DNA of 63,790 nt, filler included, from Limisphaerales bacterium (GCA_044225505.1; 8 parts of 8 records of this genome joined end to end with filler, not necessarily neighbours in it); one strand, 5' to 3'; shown: positions 11,996 to 21,879, numbered from the whole stretch's first letter. The notes: generated by a model from the letters alone, not told the origin. A program made the numbers and translations.

Positions 11996-14900
11996 ATGAA
12001 AGCATCAAAACTGTTTCAGAACTCGTCCCTCGTTGCGGCCATCGCTCTGGTTGTGACGTTAGGTTTGTCAGGCCAAGGGGTCCCATCCGTAACGGCTGCG
12101 CCGAATCCGATTGTGGTCGAGAATAGTTTGGCTGGCAGTCCAGCGAGCGAATGGGGATTGGAAGGGAGTGGAGATCCTAGCATTCAAGGATTCGCCACCG
12201 AGATCAGCGTGAACCGAGGTCAAACGGTTGCGTTTAAGATCGACACGACGGCAACGGCGTATCGTATCGATATTTATCGGCTGGGATACTACGGCGGTTC
12301 CGGGGCGCGAAAAGTAGCCACGCTGAATCCGTCCGCGAGCCTGCCGCAGATCCAGCCAGCTTGCATGGTCGATTTGGCTACCGGCCTGGTCGATTGCGGC
12401 AACTGGGGAGTCTCCGCCAGTTGGACTGTGCCCGCGACGGCGACTTCCGGGGTATACCTGGCGAGACCCGTCCGAACGGATACCGGTGGGGCCAGCTTGA
12501 TTGTGTTTATCGTGCGAGACGATGCCGGGTCCTCGGACATTTTGTTTCAGACCTCGGACACGACCTGGCAGGCTTACAACCTTTACGGGGGCGCCAATCT
12601 CTACTTGGGAAACGGGCCTGGCTACCAGGGGCGAGCTTCCAAAGTGAGCTATAACAGGCCGTTTGCCAATCGCCGAGATGCCCAAGCAGCGATCGATCGA
12701 GCAGCCATGGAAGGATTTTTGTTTGGTGCGGAGTATCCGATGATCCGCTGGCTTGAGTCGAATGGATACAACGTGAGTTACGCGTCGGGCGTGGATACCG
12801 ATCGGCGCGGGGTCGCGGCACTCGTCTCCCACAGAGTCTTCATTTCTGTCGGGCATGACGAGTATTGGTCGGGGCAACAGCGCGCGAATGTCGAATCGGC
12901 GCGGGCGGCCGGAGTTCATCTGGGGTTTTTCAGCGGCAATGAGATGTTTTGGAAAACGCGTTGGGAGAATAGCATTGCCAATCCGAGCGCAACGTATCGG
13001 ACCCTCGTTTGCTACAAAGAGACGCAGGTGAATGCCAAGATCGACCCGACGTCGACCTGGACGGGCACCTGGCGTGATCCGCGCTTTAGCCCTCCGGGGG
13101 ATGGCGGACGTCCAGAGAACGCGGTGTCAGGCCAGCTTTATAATGTCGACGCTTTTCGCCACGACCCAATCTTCATTTCTTCCAGCCAAGGCAAACTGAG
13201 GTTCTGGCGGAACACGGGGATTGATACCTTGGCCGACGGTCAGTTCGCGCAACTCCCTGCTGGGGTGTTGGGATTTGAGTGGGACGAAATTGTGGATAAC
13301 GGGTGGTTGCCGGCGGGATTGTTCCGGATGTCCGAGACGACCATCGCCGTGGATAAGTACCTCCAGGACCATGGCGGAACGTATGCGCCTGGAGTAGCGA
13401 CTCATAGTTTAAGCCTCTACCGTCACAGCAGCGGGGCCCTGGTCTTTGGTGCCGGGACAATCAATTGGCCGCGCGGCTTGGATTCGACCCATGACGGCGC
13501 TGGGCCTGGACCGGATACGCGGATGCAACAGGCGACCGTGAACCTGTTTGCGGATATGGGAGTTCAGCCGGTCACGCTGCAGGCCGGGTTGGTCTCGGCT
13601 ACGCCATCGACCGACACGGTGCCCCCGACGTCGGTGATTCAGATGCCGCCAGGCCAGACCGTCATTGCGGGAAGCGCGGTGACGATCGTAGGGACGGCAA
13701 CCGACGCGGGGGGCGGGCGGCCTGCGGGCGTTGAGTTTTCGTTGGATGGAGGGGCGACGTGGCATCCGGCGACCGGTGCGGCGGATTGGACTGCGACCTG
13801 GATCCCGGAAGGCGCTGGGGTGGTCAATATCAAGAGTCGGGCGGTGGATGACAGTGGACGGATTGAGGTTCCCCAAGCTGGGATCAACGTCACGGTGGCG
13901 CCGCGGCTGCCCAAACCGATCGTGGGTCTGGACTTCAACGACGGGAACGGGAGCAGTGCGATCGATGCTTCCGGACAGGGCAACCTTGGAGTGCTGCTGA
14001 ACGGAGCGAGTTGGACGGAAGGCAAGGCCGGTAGCGCGGTGCATTTCGACGGCGTCGACGACATTGTACGGATTGGGAACTCGGCAAGCTTAAACACGGC
14101 GACGGCAGGAATTACGGTGGCGGCGTGGGTCTACCGCGAGAGCAACCAGGGCCACTGGGCGACAATAGCGTCCAGGCAGGTGGGCACATCGGCATTAGAA
14201 CCGTGGGGGTTGATGATCAGTGACGATGGAAAGTACCGCTGGTTCGTGAACACGGCGGGCGGCGGCTATTCGGACATCACGGTCGGCGGGGCAGCGCCCG
14301 TGGGGCAGTGGGTGCATCTGGCCGGGACGTATGATGGAATCACCGTGCGGCTGTTCGTGAACGGAGTACAGCACTTTGCCGTACCCCACACCGGACCCTT
14401 GGCGGACGCGGCTGGCGGGGCGGTGACATTGGGTGCGGCCTACAATGATGGCACGGGTCTTCCCGGGGAAGCTCTCTTTGGAAAGATTGATGATTTCCAA
14501 ATGTTCAACCGGGCACTCAACGTCAGCCAGGTCCAGTCGCTCTTCGCGGGGTTACCGCCGTCGGACCCGGACGGCACTTCCCCGACCGTGGTTGCGGCAA
14601 CGCCGATCAGTGGCGCGTCGACCGTCAGCACCGCCACCTCGGTGAGTGCCCAGTTCAACGAGTCGATCGCGCCGTGGACGCTCACCTCATCGCTCTACGC
14701 TTACCCTTATCCGAATCCATTGTTTGCGTTCAATCCCGCGACGGACCTGTCGCATACGGAGATGTTACGAGACTTCCGGCTTGGCAAAGAGATGCAGTTT
14801 ACGTTGACGCAGGTACCCGCTGGGACCTACGACGTTTATGTTTGGACGTTTGAGGACGATGTCTCCCAAACCGCGACTCTAACGGTGGAAGGCAGGGTTG

Positions 14901-17578
14901 TGGGTTCCTTCACGAGCGGTGGGGCAGGGCGGTGGGAGCGGTTGGGACCCTTCCGCGTGGTGGTGAACGATGGTGATATCGAAGTGGGCGTGCAGAGTGG
15001 AAACGGGCTCGTCTATGTCAGTGGATTAGAAATCTGGCAAGGGGGAGGAGCGGCCCCCGCGACCCCTCCAGCGACAAGCACATTCTATCGCGCCATCAAT
15101 CTGGGTGGGCCGGTGATGGCAATGGACGGGAACACGTGGGAAGCAAACGACACGTCCACCCCGAACTTCATGGTCAACGGTTCCGCGAGTCAACTCCCGA
15201 GCGTCACCTTTAGTCCGGCGCTACCGACGGCAAACTACGAGACGATGCTTCGAACCTTCCGTTACAGCGCTAAATTGGAGCTGGATATTACCGGCGTCCC
15301 CAATGACACCTACAACGTCTTTGCCTGGACTTTCGAAGATAATGCATCCCTCAACGCGAGCTTGTCTCTCGATGGCATCGAAGTGTTGTCGGGTTACAAT
15401 ACCGGTCAGCCTGGGCATTGGGAGCGGCTGGGACCATTCCCGGTGACGGTGAAAGATCAGGCGATTCAATTGGATTACGTCTGTAACACCCCCGGGGATC
15501 AGGGCGTGCTGAGCGGCGTTGAGTTGTGGCGCACGTACGTTCCGTTGACCCCGCCGACAGGGACATTCTTCCGGGCGATTAACGTTGGCGGTCCAGCGAT
15601 GGTCATCGATGGCAATCGCTGGGAAGGCGAGGATGCGGCCAACTACCGATTCAACGGCGGTGTGAATCCATTCACGCTGAGGGACGCGCAAAATAACGAG
15701 GTTTCAGCATCCGTGACTTACGACGTGGTCACGCGTGTGGCTCGGTTGCAACCGACCAGCGCCCTGAAGTACAACAGCGCCTACACCGCGACGATCAAGG
15801 GAGGTACGACCGGGGTGAGTGATCTGGCTGGCAACAAGCTCGCAGCAGATATCCAATGGTCATTCAACACCGAGCCGGCAGCTCAAGCCGCGTCGCCGAC
15901 GTTTAGTTTGGGGAGTGGGACGTATCAAGGCGCGCAAACGGTTAGCCTGTCGGATGCAAGCTCTGGAGCTGTGATCTACTACACGACAGATGGTAGCGTT
16001 CCGACCATCGCTTCCACGCGCTACACGGCTTCTTTGCTGATCGCGAAGACGACGACAATCAAAGCGATCGCGGTCGTGAGCGGGTGGCTCGATAGCAATG
16101 TATCGAGTGCTTCCTACAAAATTGTCTACCCGCCTGGCAGCACACTTACGGCCCCTGCGGACGGAGCGACTTTTGCCGCACCAGCCAACGTTGCGATGGC
16201 AGCCAGTGCCACCGATACGGATGGGACGATTACAAAAGTGGAGTTTTTCCAGGGCGCGACCAAGGTTGGCGAGGCAACGACCAGTCCTTTCAATTGCGTT
16301 TGGACGGGCGTGGCGCCTGGCAACTACGTGCTCACGGTCAAAGCCTATGACAACGACGGCGAGTCGACGGTGTCGCGGGGGGTCCGGATCACCGTCAATG
16401 CGTCGAATAATTCACCCACGGTCAGCATCACGAGCCCAGCGAGTGGCGCTAGTTTTACTGCCCCCGCGAGTCTCACGATCGCAGCGAATGCCAGCGACGT
16501 CGGTGGAAGCGTCAGCAAAGTGGAGTTTTACCAGGGAACGACCTTGCTGGGCCAAGACACGACCAGTCCGTATAGTTTCACCTGGACGAGCGTGGGGGCC
16601 GGGAACTACACGCTCACGGCCAAGGCCTACGATAACTTGGGGGCCAGTACCACTTCCCAAGCGGTCAACATCTCTGTGATCAACAATGCACCGACGGTCA
16701 GCATCACGAGCCCGTCGAGCGGAGCAAGTTTCACCGCCCCCGCGAGTCTCACGATCACGGCGAATGCCAGCGACGTCGGTGGAAGCATCAGCAAAGTGGA
16801 GTTTTATCAAGGAACGACCTTGCTGGGCCAAGACACGACCAGTCCGTATAGTTTCACCTGGACGGGCGTGGGGGCCGGGAACTACACGCTCACGGCCAAG
16901 GCCTACGATAAATTGGGAGCGAGTACCACTTCTCAAGCGGTCAACATCTCCGTGATCAATAAGCTGCCGACGGTCAGCATCACGAGTCCCGCGGTCGGGG
17001 CGACTTTTGTTGCCCCGGCGAGCCTGACGATCACGGCGAATGCCAGCGACGTCGGTGGAAGCATCAGCAAAGTGGAGTTCTATCAAGGGAAGACTCTGTT
17101 AGGGCAGGACACAACCAGCCCTTATAGTTTCACTTGGACAGGCGTTGCTGCCGGAGCGTATTCGATCACGGCGAGGGCGTACGATAACCTGGGTGCGAGC
17201 ACGACGTCGGCCTCGGTGAGTATTTCCGTGCGGCCAGTGGATACGACGGCGCCCTCGGCCCCGGCGGTGGTTCGCGATGGGACTGGGCAAGATCTTACCC
17301 AAACCACGGCGTGGACGCGGTTGTCAGCGAATTGGAATGCCAGTGCTGATGCGCAGAGTGGGATCAAACGGTATTGGTATGCAATTGGAACAAGCCCTGG
17401 GGCGAGCAATACGGTCGACTGGACGGACAACGGGACGGCGACTTCGGTGACCAAGCAAGGGTTGTTCCTCAACCGCCGAACCTATTACTTCACAATCCGG
17501 GCGGAAAATGGAGATGGTCTGCTGAGCGCTCCGGTGAGCTCGGACGGCCAGATGGCAGGGGCTTTCTTTACGTTCTAA
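11996..17578 (+). CDS. Giant secreted multidomain protein: N,N-dimethylformamidase beta-subunit-like domain, Ig, LamG, split SbsA-type Ig with malectin-like insert, chitobiase-C/Fn3-associated domain, four Ig repeats, FN3
   Basis: Signal peptide; NPIVVENS, TWQAYNLYGG, SVGHDEYWS, GFEWDE, QQATVNLFADMG; LamG WVHLAGTYDG; IYYTTDGSVP; KVEFYQG repeats. Confidence 0.88.
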   Translation: MKASKLFQNSSLVAAIALVVTLGLSGQGVPSVTAAPNPIVVENSLAGSPASEWGLEGSGDPSIQGFATEISVNRGQTVAFKIDTTATAYRIDIYRLGYYGGSGARKVATLNPSASLPQIQPACMVDLATGLVDCGNWGVSASWTVPATATSGVYLARPVRTDTGGASLIVFIVRDDAGSSDILFQTSDTTWQAYNLYGGANLYLGNGPGYQGRASKVSYNRPFANRRDAQAAIDRAAMEGFLFGAEYPMIRWLESNGYNVSYASGVDTDRRGVAALVSHRVFISVGHDEYWSGQQRANVESARAAGVHLGFFSGNEMFWKTRWENSIANPSATYRTLVCYKETQVNAKIDPTSTWTGTWRDPRFSPPGDGGRPENAVSGQLYNVDAFRHDPIFISSSQGKLRFWRNTGIDTLADGQFAQLPAGVLGFEWDEIVDNGWLPAGLFRMSETTIAVDKYLQDHGGTYAPGVATHSLSLYRHSSGALVFGAGTINWPRGLDSTHDGAGPGPDTRMQQATVNLFADMGVQPVTLQAGLVSATPSTDTVPPTSVIQMPPGQTVIAGSAVTIVGTATDAGGGRPAGVEFSLDGGATWHPATGAADWTATWIPEGAGVVNIKSRAVDDSGRIEVPQAGINVTVAPRLPKPIVGLDFNDGNGSSAIDASGQGNLGVLLNGASWTEGKAGSAVHFDGVDDIVRIGNSASLNTATAGITVAAWVYRESNQGHWATIASRQVGTSALEPWGLMISDDGKYRWFVNTAGGGYSDITVGGAAPVGQWVHLAGTYDGITVRLFVNGVQHFAVPHTGPLADAAGGAVTLGAAYNDGTGLPGEALFGKIDDFQMFNRALNVSQVQSLFAGLPPSDPDGTSPTVVAATPISGASTVSTATSVSAQFNESIAPWTLTSSLYAYPYPNPLFAFNPATDLSHTEMLRDFRLGKEMQFTLTQVPAGTYDVYVWTFEDDVSQTATLTVEGRVVGSFTSGGAGRWERLGPFRVVVNDGDIEVGVQSGNGLVYVSGLEIWQGGGAAPATPPATSTFYRAINLGGPVMAMDGNTWEANDTSTPNFMVNGSASQLPSVTFSPALPTANYETMLRTFRYSAKLELDITGVPNDTYNVFAWTFEDNASLNASLSLDGIEVLSGYNTGQPGHWERLGPFPVTVKDQAIQLDYVCNTPGDQGVLSGVELWRTYVPLTPPTGTFFRAINVGGPAMVIDGNRWEGEDAANYRFNGGVNPFTLRDAQNNEVSASVTYDVVTRVARLQPTSALKYNSAYTATIKGGTTGVSDLAGNKLAADIQWSFNTEPAAQAASPTFSLGSGTYQGAQTVSLSDASSGAVIYYTTDGSVPTIASTRYTASLLIAKTTTIKAIAVVSGWLDSNVSSASYKIVYPPGSTLTAPADGATFAAPANVAMAASATDTDGTITKVEFFQGATKVGEATTSPFNCVWTGVAPGNYVLTVKAYDNDGESTVSRGVRITVNASNNSPTVSITSPASGASFTAPASLTIAANASDVGGSVSKVEFYQGTTLLGQDTTSPYSFTWTSVGAGNYTLTAKAYDNLGASTTSQAVNISVINNAPTVSITSPSSGASFTAPASLTITANASDVGGSISKVEFYQGTTLLGQDTTSPYSFTWTGVGAGNYTLTAKAYDKLGASTTSQAVNISVINKLPTVSITSPAVGATFVAPASLTITANASDVGGSISKVEFYQGKTLLGQDTTSPYSFTWTGVAAGAYSITARAYDNLGASTTSASVSISVRPVDTTAPSAPAVVRDGTGQDLTQTTAWTRLSANWNASADAQSGIKRYWYAIGTSPGASNTVDWTDNGTATSVTKQGLFLNRRTYYFTIRAENGDGLLSAPVSSDGQMAGAFFTF
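16415..17230 (+). repeat. Three intragenic 276-bp (92-aa) Ig-domain tandem repeats
   Basis: Units start at 16415, 16691 and 16967 (PTVSITSP...KVEFYQG...AYDNLGASTTS) and are near-identical in DNA; a more diverged copy lies just upstream. Confidence 0.95.
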
Positions 17579-17615
17579 GTTGTTGTGGACACGGTCAGGG
17601 CTCAACCTCAATCGA

Positions 17616-17853
17616 TCAGTTAAAACGATGGTCGTCAGACGCGAATTGGGCACTCAGACTCGCTCGTTCCTCCTTGCCGTCGAGAGTGGCTCGAATCGTG
17701 CGCAGGAGCAACTTCGGATCGTAGGGCTTGGGCAGAAAATGGATCTGCCCGGCCGGAAAAAGCCGGGGTGTGGAAAGTTCCAGACTGTATCCGCTCGTGA
17801 GCAGGACTTTCAGCCCCTTTCGTTGATGCAGCATCTCTCGGCTCAATTCGAGC
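17616..17853 (-). CDS. C-terminal receiver-domain fragment, probably of a hybrid histidine kinase (5'-truncated)
   Basis: LKVLLTSGYS...HFLPKPYDPKLLLRTIR; closely resembles the receiver at the end of 38684-40849. Confidence 0.8.
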
Positions 17854-17953
17854 NNNNNNNNNNNNNNNNNNNNNNNNNNNNNNNNNNNNNNNNNNNNTTA
17901 ATTAATTAANNNNNNNNNNNNNNNNNNNNNNNNNNNNNNNNNNNNNNNNNNNN
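17854..17953. other. Artificial contig linker
   Basis: N44-TTAATTAATTAA-N44. Confidence 0.99.
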
Positions 17954-18863
17954 GCCTGACTTTTTCCGCAATGCCAGCCAACGAACGGCCACGCTGGGGG
18001 AAATCCACAATCTGGACCAATTTCTGAACTTGCATGGCAACCTGCGCAAAGCGTTATCGATCTTGGAAGAACAGTTCAGCCGGAAGGCCGTCGCCAAGAG
18101 CGGCGAGAGCGCCCTGCGCGCCCGCTTGGAACGGCTTGCGGCCGAAATAGACCATCTCCAACTGGTCGCGCGCTGCCAGGACGCGCGTGAACTGGGCGAC
18201 GCCGTCCTCCTCGTCACTTTGGTGGATCGCACGGGCAAGCCGCAGGGCGGAGTGACAAAGTTGGCGGCCATGTATCAGGCCTTTGCCTCTCGGAGACGCA
18301 TGTCCGCCGAGGTCCTGGGCGAGTTCTATAACGAGAGGCACGATCGGGTTTGCCTCCTGCTCGCAGGTCTCGGCGCCTATCTCCTGCTTAAAGACGAATA
18401 CGGCCTGCATCAAATCGACCGCCGCTTCAAAGAGCGCACTCCCCGAGCTGGACGAGAGGTCATTCGCGAAGATCGCGAATTGGTTCGTGTGGAAGTCTAT
18501 CCGGCCGCCACCGTTGTCCCGAACATCTCTCGGTCCAAGATCAGATCCAAACTCACCGCGTTGCATCCGTCCCGCACACGTTTGCTCAAAGCCGACTACT
18601 CCGTCTCCTTGTTCGATGAAGCCACTCTTCGATCTGTTGAGCTATGGACCGCCGGCCCAAAGAAAGAGGCGGCCGACCGCGCTTTCCTTCTTTTGGACTC
18701 GCAAACCGCAGCGCCCACTTCTCCAGCTTCCCTCGACACCATCGTTCGGCGTTACGACCTCGGGATGTCCCCGCGGATCAAAGATACACGCACCGGCCGG
18801 ACCAGCACCCGCGTCGAAGAGATTCTAGACGGCGAGCTCGGCCTTTTCCTGGCACGACCTTAA
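17954..18863 (+). CDS. 5'-truncated protein with a release-factor-2-like (PCRF/RF-1) region lacking GGQ
   Basis: Frame open from the contig edge. PDFF..., LAAMYQAFASRR, GLGAYLLLKDEYGLHQI, VRVEVYP and IVRRYDLGMSPRIKDTRTGRTSTRVEEILDGELGLFL are colinear with RF2 motifs. Confidence 0.7.
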
Positions 18864-18865
18864 AT

Positions 18866-18921
18866 CCTGATCTTTGGTCCTTGGTCTCTGGTCCTTGGTC
18901 CCTGGTCATTCGTCTTTGGTC
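18866..18921. repeat. Heptamer tandem array (consensus YYTGGTC, 8 units)
   Basis: cctgatc tttggtc cttggtc tctggtc cttggtc cctggtc attcgtc tttggtc, starting just after the stop at 18863. Confidence 0.9.
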
Positions 18922-18938
18922 ATCGCCAACCGATCCGG

Positions 18939-19022
18939 GAGTATGATTACGAGCAAGATTACGATTACGAGCAAGATTACGATTACGAGTAGGATTACGA
19001 TTACGAGTAGGAGTAGGAGTAG
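18939..19022. repeat. Hexamer tandem array (GATTAC/GAGCAA/GAGTAG, 14 units) with an 18-bp higher-order period
   Basis: Read directly; lies between convergent genes. Confidence 0.92.
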
Positions 19023-19079
19023 GCCCGAGGGACAAAGCTCCCACCCCTTTCCCTTTCAACTCCAACCGGCTTGGCGAAC

Positions 19080-20213
19080 TTAGGGAGCGGAAGACCTCGC
19101 GTCTTGGCACACGCGCTCGATTTCCTGGAACGCTTTCACGAAGCAAAACGCCTCAGATTTCTCATTGGACCCTGGTTCCGCTCCTCCCTTTAACGCGTCC
19201 ACCTTGTCAAGAAACGAGTTTGCACCGGACCATACGGTCTGCACCAAGCCTAACATTCGACGCCGCACGGGCGCGGGCGACTGCTGCCGGAAACGCGCAA
19301 TATCCTGCACCTGCGCAACCCCGACCTTCGGTCGATTCCATGGACAAGCCACCACGGGCAACCCTTTCAACGCGAAATACGCCGTCGTCAGATCGGGCCG
19401 TTCGTAATGCCAATCGCACACCACGATGTCCTTTGGCACCGCATCGATAGCTGGATGCGTCCCGTTCGTGCTCGCTTCCCACTCGCCCAAACCCGTTGTC
19501 GGCCCGTCAAGGAATCGGTCGCCCCACATCCAGAGCGTTCGCCCTTTCGCCGCCAGATGATCACGAATCGCCCGCACCTCCCCTGCAAAAAGCTCGGCTT
19601 TATTCTTCCCACCGCACCGCGGGCATTTCTCTTCCCCAATGTAAAAGACTTCGTCCATGCCCGCATGGAATGCGTCCGCCGCAAAGGCCTCACAAATCTC
19701 GTCCACGAGTGCGAAAACCACGTCGTGCACCTTTGGATGGAGCGGACAATAGCTCTTGCAGTAAAGCCGGTCCGCATTGGGCCAGGAATACTTCTCCGGC
19801 ATCTTCACCCAGGGAGTCTCGTCAAATTCCGGATACACCCTGAGCAACGCCGCCGTTCGATTGGCCCACGACTGGTGCCCAAGCAGGTTAATCTGCGGAA
19901 TCAGGCGAATCTGATGGTCCCGGCAAGCCGCGAGCAACGCTTCCACATTCCCCCGCGATAACGTCGAGCGCTCCCGCAACTCCGGATGACTCACAAACTC
20001 AAAGTTAAAGTCGACCCTCAAGATCAGGGTGTTGACACCGCGGGGCGCCAGATCCTCGTGAATGAATCGCACAAATCGCTCCACCTGCGCTGCCCCAGGC
20101 GCAGCAATGCACAAGCCTCGCACGGGAAAACAAGTATCCAACTCACTCCCCGCAGGTGCTCCCTGGGAACGAAGGGCCAGAACCATCAGCAGTAGAACAA
20201 TCGTGGTTTTCAT
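19080..20213 (-). CDS. Secreted GH20-like glycoside hydrolase (hexosaminidase fold)
   Basis: Signal peptide; LIPQINLLGH, AFHAGMDEV (H-x-G-x-D-E catalytic motif), MWGDRF, CDWHYE. Confidence 0.8.
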   Translation of the reverse strand: MKTTIVLLLMVLALRSQGAPAGSELDTCFPVRGLCIAAPGAAQVERFVRFIHEDLAPRGVNTLILRVDFNFEFVSHPELRERSTLSRGNVEALLAACRDHQIRLIPQINLLGHQSWANRTAALLRVYPEFDETPWVKMPEKYSWPNADRLYCKSYCPLHPKVHDVVFALVDEICEAFAADAFHAGMDEVFYIGEEKCPRCGGKNKAELFAGEVRAIRDHLAAKGRTLWMWGDRFLDGPTTGLGEWEASTNGTHPAIDAVPKDIVVCDWHYERPDLTTAYFALKGLPVVACPWNRPKVGVAQVQDIARFRQQSPAPVRRRMLGLVQTVWSGANSFLDKVDALKGGAEPGSNEKSEAFCFVKAFQEIERVCQDARSSAP

Positions 20214-20265
20214 AGAATGTTTGCGAGCGCCTTTCTACCCCTGCGGCGGGCGCAATACGCCGACG

Positions 20266-21879
20266 TTAATCCTCTCCCTGGTTCCCTATTTGACCGTCTA
20301 TCCAAGCAACACGGCGCGAAACCCATTTCTTGAGCCAGTCCACTTCGTTCGGATAGGTCCGCCCCACATACGCGTTGCAGGTCACCTGGCGCCCCAGCAC
20401 TGGCCAACGTCGGAAGTTCCGCTGCTGCGCCTCTTCCAACTGCGCCGCCAATTCGTCGATGCGTCGATGGATCGCTTTCGTGTCAAAGACCCCTTTGCGA
20501 AGTTCCACCCAACGTGCAGCACACGCCTTGGCAAAGGCAGGATCTTCCCGCAACCGCCGATACCAGCTGATTTCATTGGGCCGCAAGTTTTTCCAATACC
20601 AACCATTCGGCTGGCCGCCTCCATAGTAGTTGGCATTGCCAAAGGCGCGGTTCCAATCCCAAGGTGGTTCCGGGCGGAGTTTGCCACCGCGATCTTTCGT
20701 AAGAAATGAGCTGTAGCGAAAGCCATCCACATTCTTGCTCATCTCGATCAACCAATGCGCATCAATGAACGAAGGCACATCCAGATACGCCGCGTAGCCG
20801 CTTTGCGGATCCGCGAAGTCCGGCCCGTTCAGTGCCGTCTCGAACGCGTTCAGATACTGCTTGATCCAGCGTTTTTGTTCCAGGCTGATCTTGGCCGCGT
20901 TAGGATAGACGTAGGAATAAGGTCCGCCATTGCGCGTCCGAAATCTCTCATCCCCACGTTCGCTATGGTCGCGCTTGATGATGTAACCGCCGGTAATCGC
21001 TGGCTCGGACCGATCGCTCGACTCGAGCTTCGCGATGTTCACCCGCTCCTTGGCTCGCTTAATCTTCTCCACCAGCACATAAACCCCCACGTAATCCCGC
21101 ATCGACAACGCCCGGTCCGACCGGCGGATAAACAGTTCCACATAACGCGTCCGAGGAGCGTAATGCCCCATCGCGCGCGCCAAATCGTAGGCTAGCACGT
21201 CCCGAATGAGCGTCTTGTCTTCGTAGGGCGCATACAAAACCCAGTCTTCTTCCGCGGGCAACCCGAGCAGCGCCACTTTTACCTGATTATTCTGCGCGTC
21301 GAGCGTGTGCAGGGTGTAGGAATGCTTCGGCAAATGCAGGGTGCTGTAACCGCGCACATGAATGGACGCTCCCCCTTCATAGCTTGGCTTTGCACTCACC
21401 GCCGCTCGCCGTTGGTTCAAATCATAAAACCGGGCCCGCACGATCGTCTCCGCATCTTTCGACACTGACTGGCCTGCCGTGTCCAGGACCACAATGGGAA
21501 GATTCGAGGTGAAATGGTCCGCCGGTTCGTCGCGCATCTTGTTTTCCGCCTCGACCTCGGCCGCCTGCCGGTCCTGGTCCCAATTGCGCCGCCCGGAGGT
21601 CTGCATCGAAATTTGCTGCGAAATCAGCGACGCGAGGGTCGCCGCAGCGAAAACCGCCACCGCCACTCCAAATCCCAGGCCGAAAACGGCTAAACCCCGT
21701 CCGCTCTGTGGCGTGGGCGCTTTCCGAATGGATCGCAGCGCGAATCCACCCGTCAAAGCGGCACAGACGCCGATCGGAATCGCCAAAAGCAGGAACGGCC
21801 CTCCCAAAATCATCCCACACCACCCCCCTATACACCCCAGGACAAAGCTGACCACCGCCAGTCGCGAGCGTTTCTTCAT
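20266..21879 (-). CDS. CotH-kinase family protein with N-terminal membrane (DUF4190-like) segment
   Basis: VRGYST, DWVLYAPYEDKTLIRD, APRTRYVELF, YVGVYVLVEKIK, NVDG, PWDWNRAFGN; N-terminal hydrophobic helices. Confidence 0.85.
   Translation of the reverse strand: MKKRSRLAVVSFVLGCIGGWCGMILGGPFLLLAIPIGVCAALTGGFALRSIRKAPTPQSGRGLAVFGLGFGVAVAVFAAATLASLISQQISMQTSGRRNWDQDRQAAEVEAENKMRDEPADHFTSNLPIVVLDTAGQSVSKDAETIVRARFYDLNQRRAAVSAKPSYEGGASIHVRGYSTLHLPKHSYTLHTLDAQNNQVKVALLGLPAEEDWVLYAPYEDKTLIRDVLAYDLARAMGHYAPRTRYVELFIRRSDRALSMRDYVGVYVLVEKIKRAKERVNIAKLESSDRSEPAITGGYIIKRDHSERGDERFRTRNGGPYSYVYPNAAKISLEQKRWIKQYLNAFETALNGPDFADPQSGYAAYLDVPSFIDAHWLIEMSKNVDGFRYSSFLTKDRGGKLRPEPPWDWNRAFGNANYYGGGQPNGWYWKNLRPNEISWYRRLREDPAFAKACAARWVELRKGVFDTKAIHRRIDELAAQLEEAQQRNFRRWPVLGRQVTCNAYVGRTYPNEVDWLKKWVSRRVAWIDGQIGNQGED

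Noticed and set aside
17954..18863. Calling this gene prfB or prfH
   Set aside because: No GGQ and no SPF/PxT motif, and far more diverged than a housekeeping release factor would be.
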